A stretch of DNA of 64,000 nucleotides from a virus: IMG/VR virus record IMGVR_UViG_3300008266_000015; one strand, given 5' to 3'. The notes beneath the pieces are model-generated. The model saw only the letters and a list, made by a program, of their open reading frames with translations. It ran no database searches and was not told where the DNA came from. Every line of letters starts with the position of its first letter. Position 1 is the stretch's first letter. Positions 7,419 through 18,305 of the stretch are shown in pieces. Position numbers and translations under genes: made by a program.

Positions 7419-7688
7419 ATGGTAACAACAATTATTATTCTTTCTCTTATTATAGTAATATTAATTTTTACTACTTATAATTTACTTAAGAAAAACGAAA
7501 AATGTGAAGATGTAATTAAATCATATGAAAAATATATGATTAATTTATCTACTGCAATTGAACTCTCAGATGCAAAACTCAAAGAAATTGATTCTAAGGG
7601 TACATTTGAAGGAGATGATGAGGTAGGTTTTTTCTTTAAAACATTACAATTTATACAAGAACAATTAAATGATTTTAAAGTAAAATAA
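7419..7688 (+). CDS. Single-TM hypothetical protein
   Basis: N-terminal TM followed by coiled coil. Confidence 0.75.
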   Translation: MVTTIIILSLIIVILIFTTYNLLKKNEKCEDVIKSYEKYMINLSTAIELSDAKLKEIDSKGTFEGDDEVGFFFKTLQFIQEQLNDFKVK

Positions 7689-7691
7689 TAT

Positions 7692-8567
7692 ATGTCTAAA
7701 AATTACTTTACTCAGGAAACTGAAGACGCAATCGTAGCTTATAATTTAAGTGAAGATTTTAATGAAAAAAGTCGAATATATAATGATAGAATACATTATG
7801 CCTTTTTTAAACTTACTCAAAATATAATTCATACATTTAAGTTTTATTATACTGAGGTTGAAAATATTGAAGATTTACAACATGAAATAATGATATTTTT
7901 ATTATCCAAAATTCATTTATATCACCATAGTAGAAGTATCCAGGATAGATTAGAAAAAATTATTATAAAAGAATTTAAAGAAAAATATACTTTGAATTTT
8001 ACTAATTATACAAATGATTCACCTACTGTAACTCAATCTCAAATTGATCAGTTTATTTCAAAATTAAATGTATCTGAGAAATGTATGGATAAGCTAAAAA
8101 AACTTACCCCTCCTAAAGCATATTCATATTTTGGAACTATTACTAAACGATGGTTAATTTTATATAACGATAATAATTATAAAAAACGCGTAAATTCAGT
8201 CCCAGTATCCACAATAGAGGAAGATAATGGGCATTCTTATGTGATAGAAGAAAATAATTCACCAAGTGATAAATTGTCTCATAATGACAAAATATCTTTA
8301 TTTACAGATTTATATGTTGAGTATTGTACCAATAATATTTATACTCTATTTCCTAAGGAAGCGGATGCCAAAATAGCAGATGCTATATTAGAATTATTTA
8401 GAAAAAGAGATAATTTAGAAATTTTTAATAAAAAAGCATTATACATTTATATACGAGAAATGATAGATGCTAAAACACCTAAAATTACTAAAATAGCCGA
8501 TCGATTGTATATTATATTTAAAAAGGGCTATATCTTTTATTTAGAAAACGGATATATAAAATTTTAA
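7692..8567 (+). CDS. T4 gp55-like late sigma factor
   Basis: N-terminal NYF, region-2-like KAYSYFGTITKRWLI (compare gp55 AYFTQ); late genes start immediately downstream. Confidence 0.65.
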   Translation: MSKNYFTQETEDAIVAYNLSEDFNEKSRIYNDRIHYAFFKLTQNIIHTFKFYYTEVENIEDLQHEIMIFLLSKIHLYHHSRSIQDRLEKIIIKEFKEKYTLNFTNYTNDSPTVTQSQIDQFISKLNVSEKCMDKLKKLTPPKAYSYFGTITKRWLILYNDNNYKKRVNSVPVSTIEEDNGHSYVIEENNSPSDKLSHNDKISLFTDLYVEYCTNNIYTLFPKEADAKIADAILELFRKRDNLEIFNKKALYIYIREMIDAKTPKITKIADRLYIIFKKGYIFYLENGYIKF

Positions 8568-8576
8568 CACATCTCG

Positions 8577-8584
8577 TATTTATA
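8577..8584 (+). promoter_or_regulatory. Late promoter motif TATTTATA
   Basis: Recurrent motif. Confidence 0.7.
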
Positions 8585-8606
8585 ATAAATAAATATTGAT
8601 AAAAAT

Positions 8607-8954
8607 ATGGATAATTTAGATTCCAATATCTTTGGTGATAAAAAACTTAAAGATTTATTTCAAGAAATATATACCAACCAAAAGAAAAAAGAAAGACAAA
8701 TTTCTGCTTTGATTGAAGAATTAAAACCAATGGTTGAAAGTATTGGGGATGCTACTTTAATTGTTCCATTACTTAAAGAATATCTTGAAATAGGTGTTAA
8801 AAATGATGAACAATTAATTAAAATGGCCACAGTCATTCAGCGCTGTTTAAATGCTAATAGTACAGGAGGTGGTGATGGATTTGGTATATCTGAGGCTGAG
8901 AAAACACAACTTTTAAATGACATTAATAAATTGAATGATAATTCTAAAGAATAA
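8607..8954 (+). CDS. Helical hypothetical protein (possibly small-terminase-like)
   Basis: ORF with late promoter; coiled coil; function guessed only. Confidence 0.6.
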   Translation: MDNLDSNIFGDKKLKDLFQEIYTNQKKKERQISALIEELKPMVESIGDATLIVPLLKEYLEIGVKNDEQLIKMATVIQRCLNANSTGGGDGFGISEAEKTQLLNDINKLNDNSKE

Positions 8955-10234
8955 TGAATTACGGATTTAGCGGTTTAAATCAAAATTTAAACTCAAATAG
9001 AAACAATAATTTTACTACAAATACAGCTTTAGGTCTATCAAATCTAATTATTTCTGCTAGAGTACTTAGTATTGTATTAGATGAATCTCATCCCCGATTT
9101 AATGAATTAGGGGGGTGGAATGGATTAGGTACTATTGAATATGAATCTGTTAATACTCCTTTCCCAAGACCCCTTGCTGAAAATTTTGTTTTTCCTACAG
9201 CTACTACTCTTAATCCAAATATTAAAAACTATCCATTAATAAATGAAATAGTATATTTAATATCTCTTCCAAATACTGAAATAGGTGAAACAACAGTATC
9301 TACAAATTCATACTACATAAATATTACTAGTTTGTGGAATCATCCACATCATAATGCCTATCCAGCAACTCCTAATAATCTACCATCTTCCCAACAGAAA
9401 GATTATATTCAAACTCAAGCAGGAAGTATTAGACGAGTAACAGATCAATCTACAGAAATATTTTTAGGTAAAACATTTAAAGAACGCTCAAATATTCACC
9501 CACTTTTACCATTTGAAGGAGATGTAATCCATGAAGGTAGATGGGGAAATTCAATTCGTTTAGGAAGTACAGTTAATAATACTCCAAATGCTTGGTCAAG
9601 TACTGGAGAAAATGGAGATCCTATTGTTATAATTAGAAATGGACAAGGTCTCCAAACCCCAGAAGGTTGGATTCCTATTACTGAAAACCTATCTACAGAT
9701 AATTCTTCTATTTATTTAACTAGCACACAAAATATCCCTATACTTGCCTCAAGTGTTAGTTACATAAGTTATCCTGATGGTCAACAACCTACTTCTCCTA
9801 AAAATTATGCTGGTAAACAAATAATTTTAGATTCTGGTAGATTAGTATTTAATGCTTATGAAGATCATTTACTACTAAGTTCAGCTAAATCTATAAATTT
9901 AAATTCCAAAGAATCTGTTAATATAGATACTAAAAAATTCATTACTGATGCTGATAAAATATTTTTAGGAAAAGAAGATTTAGCAAAAGAACCATTATTA
10001 TTAGGTGATACAACTGTTAATTTATTAAGAGATTTAACCTCAGTTATTAAAGAGATAGCCCAATCTTTACAGAATTTAACATCTTTACCTGTTGCTCCAT
10101 ATACCCCTGCTCAATTTCCTGAATTGCTTTTACCTATGACTAATGCTATTACATATCTAGAATCTTTAGAAAAACAATTAGGAACAACTCCTGAGAATTG
10201 TACTTTAACCTCAAAACGTAATTTTACATTATAA
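8954..10234 (+). CDS. Baseplate hub/central spike protein (gp5/VgrG-like)
   Basis: OB-fold-like N-terminus (YPLINEIV), EGDVIHEGRWGNSIRLG, beta-helix-like C-terminal part; upstream of gp25/gp6. Confidence 0.65.
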   Translation: MNYGFSGLNQNLNSNRNNNFTTNTALGLSNLIISARVLSIVLDESHPRFNELGGWNGLGTIEYESVNTPFPRPLAENFVFPTATTLNPNIKNYPLINEIVYLISLPNTEIGETTVSTNSYYINITSLWNHPHHNAYPATPNNLPSSQQKDYIQTQAGSIRRVTDQSTEIFLGKTFKERSNIHPLLPFEGDVIHEGRWGNSIRLGSTVNNTPNAWSSTGENGDPIVIIRNGQGLQTPEGWIPITENLSTDNSSIYLTSTQNIPILASSVSYISYPDGQQPTSPKNYAGKQIILDSGRLVFNAYEDHLLLSSAKSINLNSKESVNIDTKKFITDADKIFLGKEDLAKEPLLLGDTTVNLLRDLTSVIKEIAQSLQNLTSLPVAPYTPAQFPELLLPMTNAITYLESLEKQLGTTPENCTLTSKRNFTL

Positions 10235-11052
10235 TGGCTGTCATAAACTATAAAGAAGAAGATAACCCATCAGAAAAAAATAGATTTGGAACAGTATCAG
10301 GTGTAGATTTAAAATCACCACCAATTCTAAATGAAAATCCATTAGATATAGAATATGTAAATGGACTTAATCCTGGAGAAGTTTATTTAAAATGGTTAGT
10401 ATTTGAAATATTTCTTAGAAATAAAAATATTACAACTGATATAAATTCTTTAGAAGGAAGAAGTAGAATAAGTTTAGAATTAATTAATGAATTTAATGAA
10501 AATGTTAAAAATAAAAATCCATATTTAGTTAATTTACCTCCTTTAAATAGAGCAGATATAGAGGCAATTCAAAAATTTACTAAAAAAACAGATCCAAATA
10601 TTCAAGTTGATGGTTGGGTAGGAACACAAACTGTTCAATTAAAATATCCACGACAAACAGTTTTAGATATAACATATAAACTTTGGAATAAACAAAACAA
10701 ACCCGATGAATACGGTATAAATAAATATCCTTCTAATACATTAGTTCCTATAATATGGGGAAATAAAAGATATGTAGTACCTGTATCTGATTATCTAAAT
10801 GGTGTAAGAGCCAATAAAATATCTTTTCCATTTTGGAGATTATATAATCCTTCCACTGATAAAAGTAGGCTTCCATATAATACTATAAATAATATGTTAA
10901 GAACAACGTTTGGTCCTGAAAAAATATGGGAACAAATGGATGATAATTTAATTATAGAAGATAAATTAAATATAAATCAAACTACTTTAAAAGAACAACA
11001 AAATAAGCTTCAATTGTCTGAACAAACTAAATTAGTTAATTCTTTAAGATAA
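10234..11052 (+). CDS. Baseplate-associated protein with peptidoglycan-binding-like motif
   Basis: AIQKF...VDGWVGTQT resembles a PG_binding_1 signature. Confidence 0.5.
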   Translation: MAVINYKEEDNPSEKNRFGTVSGVDLKSPPILNENPLDIEYVNGLNPGEVYLKWLVFEIFLRNKNITTDINSLEGRSRISLELINEFNENVKNKNPYLVNLPPLNRADIEAIQKFTKKTDPNIQVDGWVGTQTVQLKYPRQTVLDITYKLWNKQNKPDEYGINKYPSNTLVPIIWGNKRYVVPVSDYLNGVRANKISFPFWRLYNPSTDKSRLPYNTINNMLRTTFGPEKIWEQMDDNLIIEDKLNINQTTLKEQQNKLQLSEQTKLVNSLR

Positions 11053-11053
11053 A

Positions 11054-11869
11054 ATGGCTGGTAATAAACTTCCCTTATTAATAATTAATTCCTCCCAAAA
11101 ACTAATCAATCAATTAGTTCCAACTATTACTCAGATAATTACAGAGACAGGAATTAAAAATATAGGGCAACCTAATATGGAAATGCCTACTACGTGTTTA
11201 TCCAAAAATGAATTAAATTCAATCTTACAATTGAGAAATAATATGGTTGATCAATTAAATTCAATTTCTAGAACAATAGAAACTTTAAGTAAACCAATAG
11301 ATACATTAAATACAGTTGTTACAACAACTTCTACAATATTAGATGCTACTAAAACTGCACGTACTGCTGCTAATGTAGCTTTAAGTTTTATCCCTTTAGC
11401 CCCAGGAGCTGCTCCTGCAGCAATTAATGTTTTAGGAGATCTAATTAATGTTTTAGATCCAAATATCCAAACAGCAAAAAATAAGATATCTTCTATATCT
11501 GAAGCATTAGATTATGCTAATGATAAAATATTTAAATTACTTAATTTATTAAAATCAATAGATTTATATTTAACTAGATGTGGAATACCATCTTCAGATT
11601 TATCTAATACTAGTGAATATGTAAATAGAATAGATCAACAATATACTCAAGTTCAAGAATCTCCAACATCTTCACAAGTATATAATGGATTTACTTTAGA
11701 TATTGTTGAAGAACAATTTTCTCCTACTATAAAAAGAATAAAAGGAGTGGCTAGAAATTCTCAAGGTATTATATTATTACAAACACCACTTTCATTTACA
11801 ACATCCACTCAAGTATTAATTGCAGAACTTAAACTAATTATCGATAGAAGTAATTTAAAAGCCTATTGA
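11054..11869 (+). CDS. Putative virion structural protein
   Basis: Helical protein in the baseplate operon. Confidence 0.6.
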   Translation: MAGNKLPLLIINSSQKLINQLVPTITQIITETGIKNIGQPNMEMPTTCLSKNELNSILQLRNNMVDQLNSISRTIETLSKPIDTLNTVVTTTSTILDATKTARTAANVALSFIPLAPGAAPAAINVLGDLINVLDPNIQTAKNKISSISEALDYANDKIFKLLNLLKSIDLYLTRCGIPSSDLSNTSEYVNRIDQQYTQVQESPTSSQVYNGFTLDIVEEQFSPTIKRIKGVARNSQGIILLQTPLSFTTSTQVLIAELKLIIDRSNLKAY

Positions 11870-11874
11870 TTAAA

Positions 11875-11882
11875 TATTTATA
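11875..11882 (+). promoter_or_regulatory. Late promoter motif TATTTATA
   Basis: 4 nt before ATG 11887. Confidence 0.65.
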
Positions 11883-11886
11883 ACAA

Positions 11887-12234
11887 ATGAAAACAGACAT
11901 TTTTAAAAAACTTATTAAAGAAGCAGTCCGTGAAGCAATTCAAGAGGAAATGAAAGATCTTCTTTTAGAAGCAGTTAGATCAAATAAACAGCCTATAAAA
12001 GAATCTTTTGATTCTGAAACTCGTACTTTAAATTTTAATACTAATTCTTTACCACCTAGATCTCCTATTGATACTAAAAAAGCATATATGGATATTTTAG
12101 GAGAAATGGCTCAAGGGCCTAAATCTGGATTAGAAGGAGAATTCAAAATGCAAGGACCCATAGATCCAGTAAATGGAGCTCTACCTGATGGACAACTAAG
12201 TTTAGATCAAATAATGAATTTAACTAGAAAATAA
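11887..12234 (+). CDS. Hypothetical late protein with head-targeting-like N-terminal helix
   Basis: MKTDIFKKLIKEAVREAIQEE. Confidence 0.7.
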   Translation: MKTDIFKKLIKEAVREAIQEEMKDLLLEAVRSNKQPIKESFDSETRTLNFNTNSLPPRSPIDTKKAYMDILGEMAQGPKSGLEGEFKMQGPIDPVNGALPDGQLSLDQIMNLTRK

Positions 12235-12641
12235 TGGCATTTGGTGCAAAAAAAATATTTCCAATAGATCAAAAACCGGGTACCGCGGTAGGAATTTCTA
12301 TTCCTTTTAATGCACCTGCAGTATTTTTTTCAACTTATACCACTAAAGATGCTATTCGAAATAATTTATTAAATTTTTTCTTAACTAATAAAACAGAAAG
12401 ATATTTAAATAATAATTTTGGTGCTAATTTAAGAGCATTTATTTTTGAACAGATAACCTCTGGTAATTTAGATTTTTTAAAACAAGATATTCAGCAATTA
12501 ATCAGTCAATATTTTACTAATATAAATGTAGAAAAATTAGATATTTTAGAATATCCTGATGCTAATGAAATTAATGTACAATTAACATACAGTATTATTA
12601 ATACTGGAGTAACTGATCAAGTAGAAATAACGTTTGCATAA
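12234..12641 (+). CDS. Baseplate wedge subunit gp25-like
   Basis: AIRNNLLNFFLTNKTER...FGANLRAFIFE. Confidence 0.85.
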   Translation: MAFGAKKIFPIDQKPGTAVGISIPFNAPAVFFSTYTTKDAIRNNLLNFFLTNKTERYLNNNFGANLRAFIFEQITSGNLDFLKQDIQQLISQYFTNINVEKLDILEYPDANEINVQLTYSIINTGVTDQVEITFA

Positions 12642-14491
12642 TGGCCGCTAATAAAAATATAAAATACATAAATAAAGATTTTAATGAATATAGAGCAAGT
12701 CTAATTGACTATGCTAAAACTTATTTCCCAACCACATACAATGACTTTAGCCCAGCATCTCCAGGAATGATGTTTATGGAAATGGCAGCATATGTAGGTG
12801 ATGTTTTATCTTTTTATTTAGATAATCAAGTTCAAGAAAACTACTTACAATTTGCTCGTCAATCAAATAATTTATTTGAATTAGCATATATGTTTGGGTA
12901 TAAACCAAATGTAACAGGAGTAGCAACCACAAATATAGATTTTTATCAAAAAATACCATCTAAACTTTCAGGTTCAGTATATGTTCCCGATTTTGATTAT
13001 GCTTTGTTTATTGACGGAAATGCTACCGCTACTACATCAAATGGTATATCTTTCTTATTATCAGATCCAGTAGATTTTTCAGTATCAAGTTCTGGGAATC
13101 CAACCGAAGTTACTGTTTATGAAATATCAGGTGGGAATCCTGTGTATTTTTTATTGAAAAAAACACGTAAATCAATTTCCTCAACTATCAATACTACTAC
13201 CTTTTCATTTGGTTCACCTGTTAAATTTTCAACAGTTGAAATAAATGCTTCAAATATGGTAGGTATTTTAGATATTGTTGATAGTGAAGGAAATGAATGG
13301 TATGAGGTAGATTATTTAGGTCAAGAAATGGTTTATGATTCTATTAAAAATACAAATGTTAATGATCCTAATTTATCTCAATATAGTGAAGATACTCCAT
13401 ATCTTTTAAAATTAAAAAAAGTACAATATAGGTTTGCTACTCGTTTTAGAAATTCAACAACATTACAAATTCAATTTGGAGCAGGTACAACAGCTGATGT
13501 AGATGAAAACATAGTTCCAAATCCTGATAATGTAGGTATTGGTTTACCATTTGAACAAACCAAACTTACTACAGCATATGCTCCTTCAAACTTTTTATTT
13601 ACTGATACTTATGGTATTGCACCATCAAATACAACATTAACAGTTAGGTATTTAACAGGTGGAGGAGTAACAGCAAATGTATCATCAAACACTTTAACTA
13701 AGTTAAATGGAACTGTTAAGTTTTTAAATTCAAATTTAAATCCAACTACAGCAAATGATATTTTTGCCTCATTAGCAATTACAAATCCTGAAGCAGCAAA
13801 TGGTGGAGGAGATGGAGATACAATTGAAGAAATTAGACAAAATTCTTCTGCAAATTTTGCTACTCAATTACGTAACGTAACTCAAGATGATTACTTAGTA
13901 AGAGCATTAAGTATGCCTGCTAAATATGGAAATATTTCAAAAGCATATATTGAACCAACTAAAGCTCAAAGCGCAGCATCAGGTGAATCTGCTGGTATTT
14001 TAGATTTATATGTTTTAACAACTGATTTAAATGGTAAATTAAATACTGCTTCGGTTGCTTTAAAACAAAATCTAATTACATATCTTTCTCAATATAGAAT
14101 GATTAATGATGCTATCAATATTAAAGATGGATTTATTATCAATATAGGAATAGATTTTGATATTATTATACTTCCTAACTATAATAGTAATGAAGTATTA
14201 ACAGCATGTATTTCAGCTTTACAATCATATTTTGCTATTTCAAAATGGCAGATAAACCAACCAATTATATTAAGAGAAATTTATATTCTTTTAGATAAAA
14301 TTGAAGGTGTCCAAACCGTTAAAACTATTAATATTTCAAATAAAGTAGGAACAAATTTAGGATACTCAGAATATGCATACGATATTTCTGGAGCAACTAA
14401 AAATAATGTAGTTTATCCTTCATTAGATCCTATGATTTTTGAAATAAAATATCCACAAACAGACATTCAGGGTAGAGTAGTATCCTTATAA
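12641..14491 (+). CDS. Baseplate wedge subunit gp6-like
   Basis: KDFNEYRASL, LSFYLDNQVQE, GGGDGDTIEEIR, QLRNVTQDDY. Confidence 0.85.
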   Translation: MAANKNIKYINKDFNEYRASLIDYAKTYFPTTYNDFSPASPGMMFMEMAAYVGDVLSFYLDNQVQENYLQFARQSNNLFELAYMFGYKPNVTGVATTNIDFYQKIPSKLSGSVYVPDFDYALFIDGNATATTSNGISFLLSDPVDFSVSSSGNPTEVTVYEISGGNPVYFLLKKTRKSISSTINTTTFSFGSPVKFSTVEINASNMVGILDIVDSEGNEWYEVDYLGQEMVYDSIKNTNVNDPNLSQYSEDTPYLLKLKKVQYRFATRFRNSTTLQIQFGAGTTADVDENIVPNPDNVGIGLPFEQTKLTTAYAPSNFLFTDTYGIAPSNTTLTVRYLTGGGVTANVSSNTLTKLNGTVKFLNSNLNPTTANDIFASLAITNPEAANGGGDGDTIEEIRQNSSANFATQLRNVTQDDYLVRALSMPAKYGNISKAYIEPTKAQSAASGESAGILDLYVLTTDLNGKLNTASVALKQNLITYLSQYRMINDAINIKDGFIINIGIDFDIIILPNYNSNEVLTACISALQSYFAISKWQINQPIILREIYILLDKIEGVQTVKTINISNKVGTNLGYSEYAYDISGATKNNVVYPSLDPMIFEIKYPQTDIQGRVVSL

Positions 14492-14499
14492 AATAAACC

Positions 14500-15612
14500 A
14501 TGGCAGTATATAAAATATTCCCGACTCAAGATACAACATTGTATTCTCTATATCCTGAAATGAATACAGGATTAGATGAAATTTTAGAATCTTCTTTAGA
14601 AGTAGGAAATTATGGAACACCTTCTCCTCAAGCAAGTCGTTTTTTAATTCAATTTGATTCAAATGAAATAATAAATATCATTAATGATAAAATTTCTGGA
14701 TCTCAATGGCAATCTAATTTAAAATGTTTTGTTGCTAATGTTACTGCTTTAAATTCAGACACTACAATAGAAGTATACCCAATTTCTCAATCTTGGAATA
14801 TGGGTACAGGAAGATATGAATATTCTCCAGAAGTACAAAATGGAGCAAGCTGGATTTGGAGAGATTATAAAGGTGGTATTCGGTGGACTACTAGTTCATT
14901 TGCCCCGGGTTCAACTGGTTCATATTCTTCATCAGTAGATCCAGGAGGAGCTACATGGTATGTAACTCAATCATTAAGTGGTTCTCAAACATTTGGATAT
15001 TACACAGATAAAGATATTAATGTTGATACTACAAATATAGTTAATGCTTGGTATAGTTCTTCTATTGAAAATAATGGTTTTATAGTTAAACAAGAAACTG
15101 AATTTATTGATAGTGAAGATGTTCAACCTAAAATGAAATATTTTTCTATTGATACTCATACTATTTATCCTCCATGTTTAGAATTTAAATGGATAGATAC
15201 TACTTTTAATACAGGTTCTTCAACTTTATCTACAATCAATATTCAACCATTTGTAGTTACAATCGGTGAAAACTCAGGATATTTTTATCCTGATAGTATC
15301 AATGAATTTAGAGTATATTCAAGACCTGAATACCCAGCTCGAGTATTTTCAACTTCTTCTTATTTCACTCAAAATTTCTATTTACCTGATAATTCATATT
15401 ATGCTATAAAAGATTTAGATACAGATGAATATGTGGTTGATTTTGATGTAACATATACTCAATTAAGTAAAGATGAAACAAGTAGTTTTTTTACTTTATA
15501 TATGAAAGGATTACAACCTGAAAGATATTATAAGATCTTAATTAAAACTACAATAGATGGAAGTACAGTAGTATTAGATAACTATTATTATTTTAAAATT
15601 ATTAATGGATAA
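14500..15612 (+). CDS. Virion structural protein (beta-sandwich, DNRLRE-like)
   Basis: DTTLY...N.G...SRFLIQFD...NNGFIVK...P.LEF pattern; baseplate operon. Confidence 0.6.
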   Translation: MAVYKIFPTQDTTLYSLYPEMNTGLDEILESSLEVGNYGTPSPQASRFLIQFDSNEIINIINDKISGSQWQSNLKCFVANVTALNSDTTIEVYPISQSWNMGTGRYEYSPEVQNGASWIWRDYKGGIRWTTSSFAPGSTGSYSSSVDPGGATWYVTQSLSGSQTFGYYTDKDINVDTTNIVNAWYSSSIENNGFIVKQETEFIDSEDVQPKMKYFSIDTHTIYPPCLEFKWIDTTFNTGSSTLSTINIQPFVVTIGENSGYFYPDSINEFRVYSRPEYPARVFSTSSYFTQNFYLPDNSYYAIKDLDTDEYVVDFDVTYTQLSKDETSSFFTLYMKGLQPERYYKILIKTTIDGSTVVLDNYYYFKIING

Positions 15613-15968
15613 TGGAGAAGTTAAATCTAAATAAAAAAGTATATGCTAAAAACCAATATGAGAAAGTTATAGATACTAAATTTTCTCAATTAGCTACTTC
15701 TCCTCCTCCAAATGCACCCCCACCACCTTCTATTTCTATAGATGAATTTTTTCAAAATTATAATGATATATTTTTCCAAATACCTAAACTTGGAGCTACC
15801 AATTCTCATGAATATCTTATAAGAACAAGCTCTGAGTATATTGATGCTGATACTGTAAATAATGATCTCCAGGCTCTAATTGATGAAATTAATGTACTTC
15901 AACAACAAAATTTAGAACTTAACCAACAAATAGCTAACCTAGCAATTTCAAGCTCACAACAAGTCTAA
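15612..15968 (+). CDS. Structural hypothetical protein with C-terminal coiled coil
   Basis: Coupled ORF in baseplate operon. Confidence 0.7.
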   Translation: MEKLNLNKKVYAKNQYEKVIDTKFSQLATSPPPNAPPPPSISIDEFFQNYNDIFFQIPKLGATNSHEYLIRTSSEYIDADTVNNDLQALIDEINVLQQQNLELNQQIANLAISSSQQV

Positions 15969-18283
15969 TGGAAAAAATAGTTAATATACAAAATGTAGAC
16001 CCAAATACACTCCAGCTGCAAGGTTACTCCCCAACAGATGAATCTCTTATATCTAATTTTACAACAGATATTACCTTCAATCCATCAGAAGACTATTTAG
16101 AATATTTTATTTTAGATTTAAACCAAAATATTTTATTTGGTAATACTGCTGGATATCCTGGTTATCAAATTCAAGATAATAATATAGTAATTGATCCTCA
16201 AACAGATTTAGAATCACAAGGATTTGAAGAGGGACAATATTATACAATATATAATTTTTTAAAACGAAAATTATCTTCTTCCCCAAATAGTACCTTATAT
16301 ATACAAAGTATAAGTACTGATAGAACAGAATTAAGATTAAATACTACCACTATATCTGATATAGATATAGTAGATTTAACAGTCCAATTTGCAGCCCAAA
16401 TTGCTAATGCTACAGGTTCATATCTTGATTTTTATTTAAACTTTGGAGATAATAAATTAATAATAGCAAACAATATAGCTTTAGATAATACTAATCCAAG
16501 TGATCCTACGGTATTAATCAAACTATACGAACCTTTACCTGACGAATTTACACTCCAATCACAATGTTGGGTAGTTGAACAAATCGCTGAATCTCAAGCT
16601 TATCAAATTGAATTAACAACAGTATTTACTGTTAATGAACAATTAAATTATATTGGTGGTCCAAATTTTAATTTAAATGTTCAAGACCAAATTAATAATA
16701 CTACAACATATCAAAATCAAAATACTTTAAAACAAACAAACTCTACTCAGGGTTCAGGAAGTTTAATGTATCAGATTAATAGTATATTGGCTGAAAAAGG
16801 AATTGAAATTAATATAGATTACTCAGACTATTCTCAATTTGTGCATTTTTCATCAGCACAAACCCGATTAGAAAATTTTTACTATAAATTAGCATTAATT
16901 GAAGAATATACCTCCAATAGTAGTCTTTCATCTGGTTCTTCTGAATCATATACTTCGGCTAGTGGAGAGATATGGAATAATAAGATAAATGAAATTATAA
17001 CTAATTTTGATGGTTATGAATATTATCTTTATTATGAATCAGGTAGTCATGCTTGGCCAAAAATAAATTCTGTAGCCCCATATATAAATTATTCTACTAA
17101 TGATATAGTATCAATTAACTGGCTTAATCCCCAAATTTCATCTGCTTCGTTTTTCGATTCTGAAAATAATGATGCTTTAGTAAATACTATACCTACATAT
17201 TTAAGAGAAGATTCTACAAACGATCAATATTTGTTGTTCATTCAAATGATAGGACAACATTTTGATAATGTATGGGTATATCTAAAAGATATTACTAATA
17301 AATTTGATGCGGATAATAGATTAAATTTTGGTATTTCAAAAGATATTGTTGCACAAGCTATTAGAGATTTAGGTGTAAGAATTTATCAAAATAATTTTTC
17401 ATCTACAGATATATATTCAGCATTATTAGGTTTAACTCCTTCTGGAAGCAATTTAAACATCCCATATATTACTGGATCCTTACCTACGCCCACAGGATGG
17501 GAGTACATAAATCTATTTGTAACAGCGTCTGATCCAAATGTTCTCGAGCCATTAGATGACGTTAATAAAGAAATTTATAAACGCATTTATCACAACTTAC
17601 CTTACTTATTGAAGAAAAAAGGTACACCTGAAAGTTTAAGAATACTTTCCACTATATATGGTGTTCCTGATACTATTTTTCGTATAAATGAATTTAGTGG
17701 TAAAACTACAGCAATTTCAAATAATTATGACAATTTTCAAAATCAATTTAACTATGAATTTTTTACTACAAGTTCAGGATATGTTGAAGTCCCATTATTA
17801 ATTGATACTGGGTCAGGAAATGGTGTATATGGTGCTGCTCATTATGGTCAAGATTATTATAATGGAGATTCATTTAACGAAGGTTCATCTTCATTTACAG
17901 TAGAATTTAGATTTAAAACAACAGGTATTCCTACCGATCCAAATGCATATAACCAGATACTAGCTTATTCCCCAGAAAACAACTTTGCATTAGTTTTAGA
18001 ATACACAGGAACAGGATATACTAGTGGTTCATATAATGGTTCGATTCCTGATCCATATAATGAATATGGGTTTTTAAAATTTATAGATTTATCTACAGGT
18101 TTAGTTGAAATATTATATTTACCATTTTTCGATGGTGGATGGTGGTCAGTAATGTATACTTTAGGAGATGAAATAACTCCTATAACAGATTGGATATTGG
18201 ATTACCTACCTACCCCGGGTAGAGGAGTTTGGGAAGATTTAGGAAAATGGTATGATACTGAAACTTGGTATGATAATCCTTAA
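15968..18283 (+). CDS. Baseplate wedge (gp7-like) protein, N-terminal part
   Basis: YLLKKKGTPESLRIL motif typical of P2-gpI/gp7-type baseplate proteins; LamG-like C-terminal part. Confidence 0.6.
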   Translation: MEKIVNIQNVDPNTLQLQGYSPTDESLISNFTTDITFNPSEDYLEYFILDLNQNILFGNTAGYPGYQIQDNNIVIDPQTDLESQGFEEGQYYTIYNFLKRKLSSSPNSTLYIQSISTDRTELRLNTTTISDIDIVDLTVQFAAQIANATGSYLDFYLNFGDNKLIIANNIALDNTNPSDPTVLIKLYEPLPDEFTLQSQCWVVEQIAESQAYQIELTTVFTVNEQLNYIGGPNFNLNVQDQINNTTTYQNQNTLKQTNSTQGSGSLMYQINSILAEKGIEINIDYSDYSQFVHFSSAQTRLENFYYKLALIEEYTSNSSLSSGSSESYTSASGEIWNNKINEIITNFDGYEYYLYYESGSHAWPKINSVAPYINYSTNDIVSINWLNPQISSASFFDSENNDALVNTIPTYLREDSTNDQYLLFIQMIGQHFDNVWVYLKDITNKFDADNRLNFGISKDIVAQAIRDLGVRIYQNNFSSTDIYSALLGLTPSGSNLNIPYITGSLPTPTGWEYINLFVTASDPNVLEPLDDVNKEIYKRIYHNLPYLLKKKGTPESLRILSTIYGVPDTIFRINEFSGKTTAISNNYDNFQNQFNYEFFTTSSGYVEVPLLIDTGSGNGVYGAAHYGQDYYNGDSFNEGSSSFTVEFRFKTTGIPTDPNAYNQILAYSPENNFALVLEYTGTGYTSGSYNGSIPDPYNEYGFLKFIDLSTGLVEILYLPFFDGGWWSVMYTLGDEITPITDWILDYLPTPGRGVWEDLGKWYDTETWYDNP

Positions 18284-18290
18284 TTTAAAA

Positions 18291-18298
18291 TATTTATA
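18291..18298 (+). promoter_or_regulatory. Late promoter motif TATTTATA
   Basis: Recurrent motif. Confidence 0.65.
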
Positions 18299-18305
18299 AC
18301 AAAAA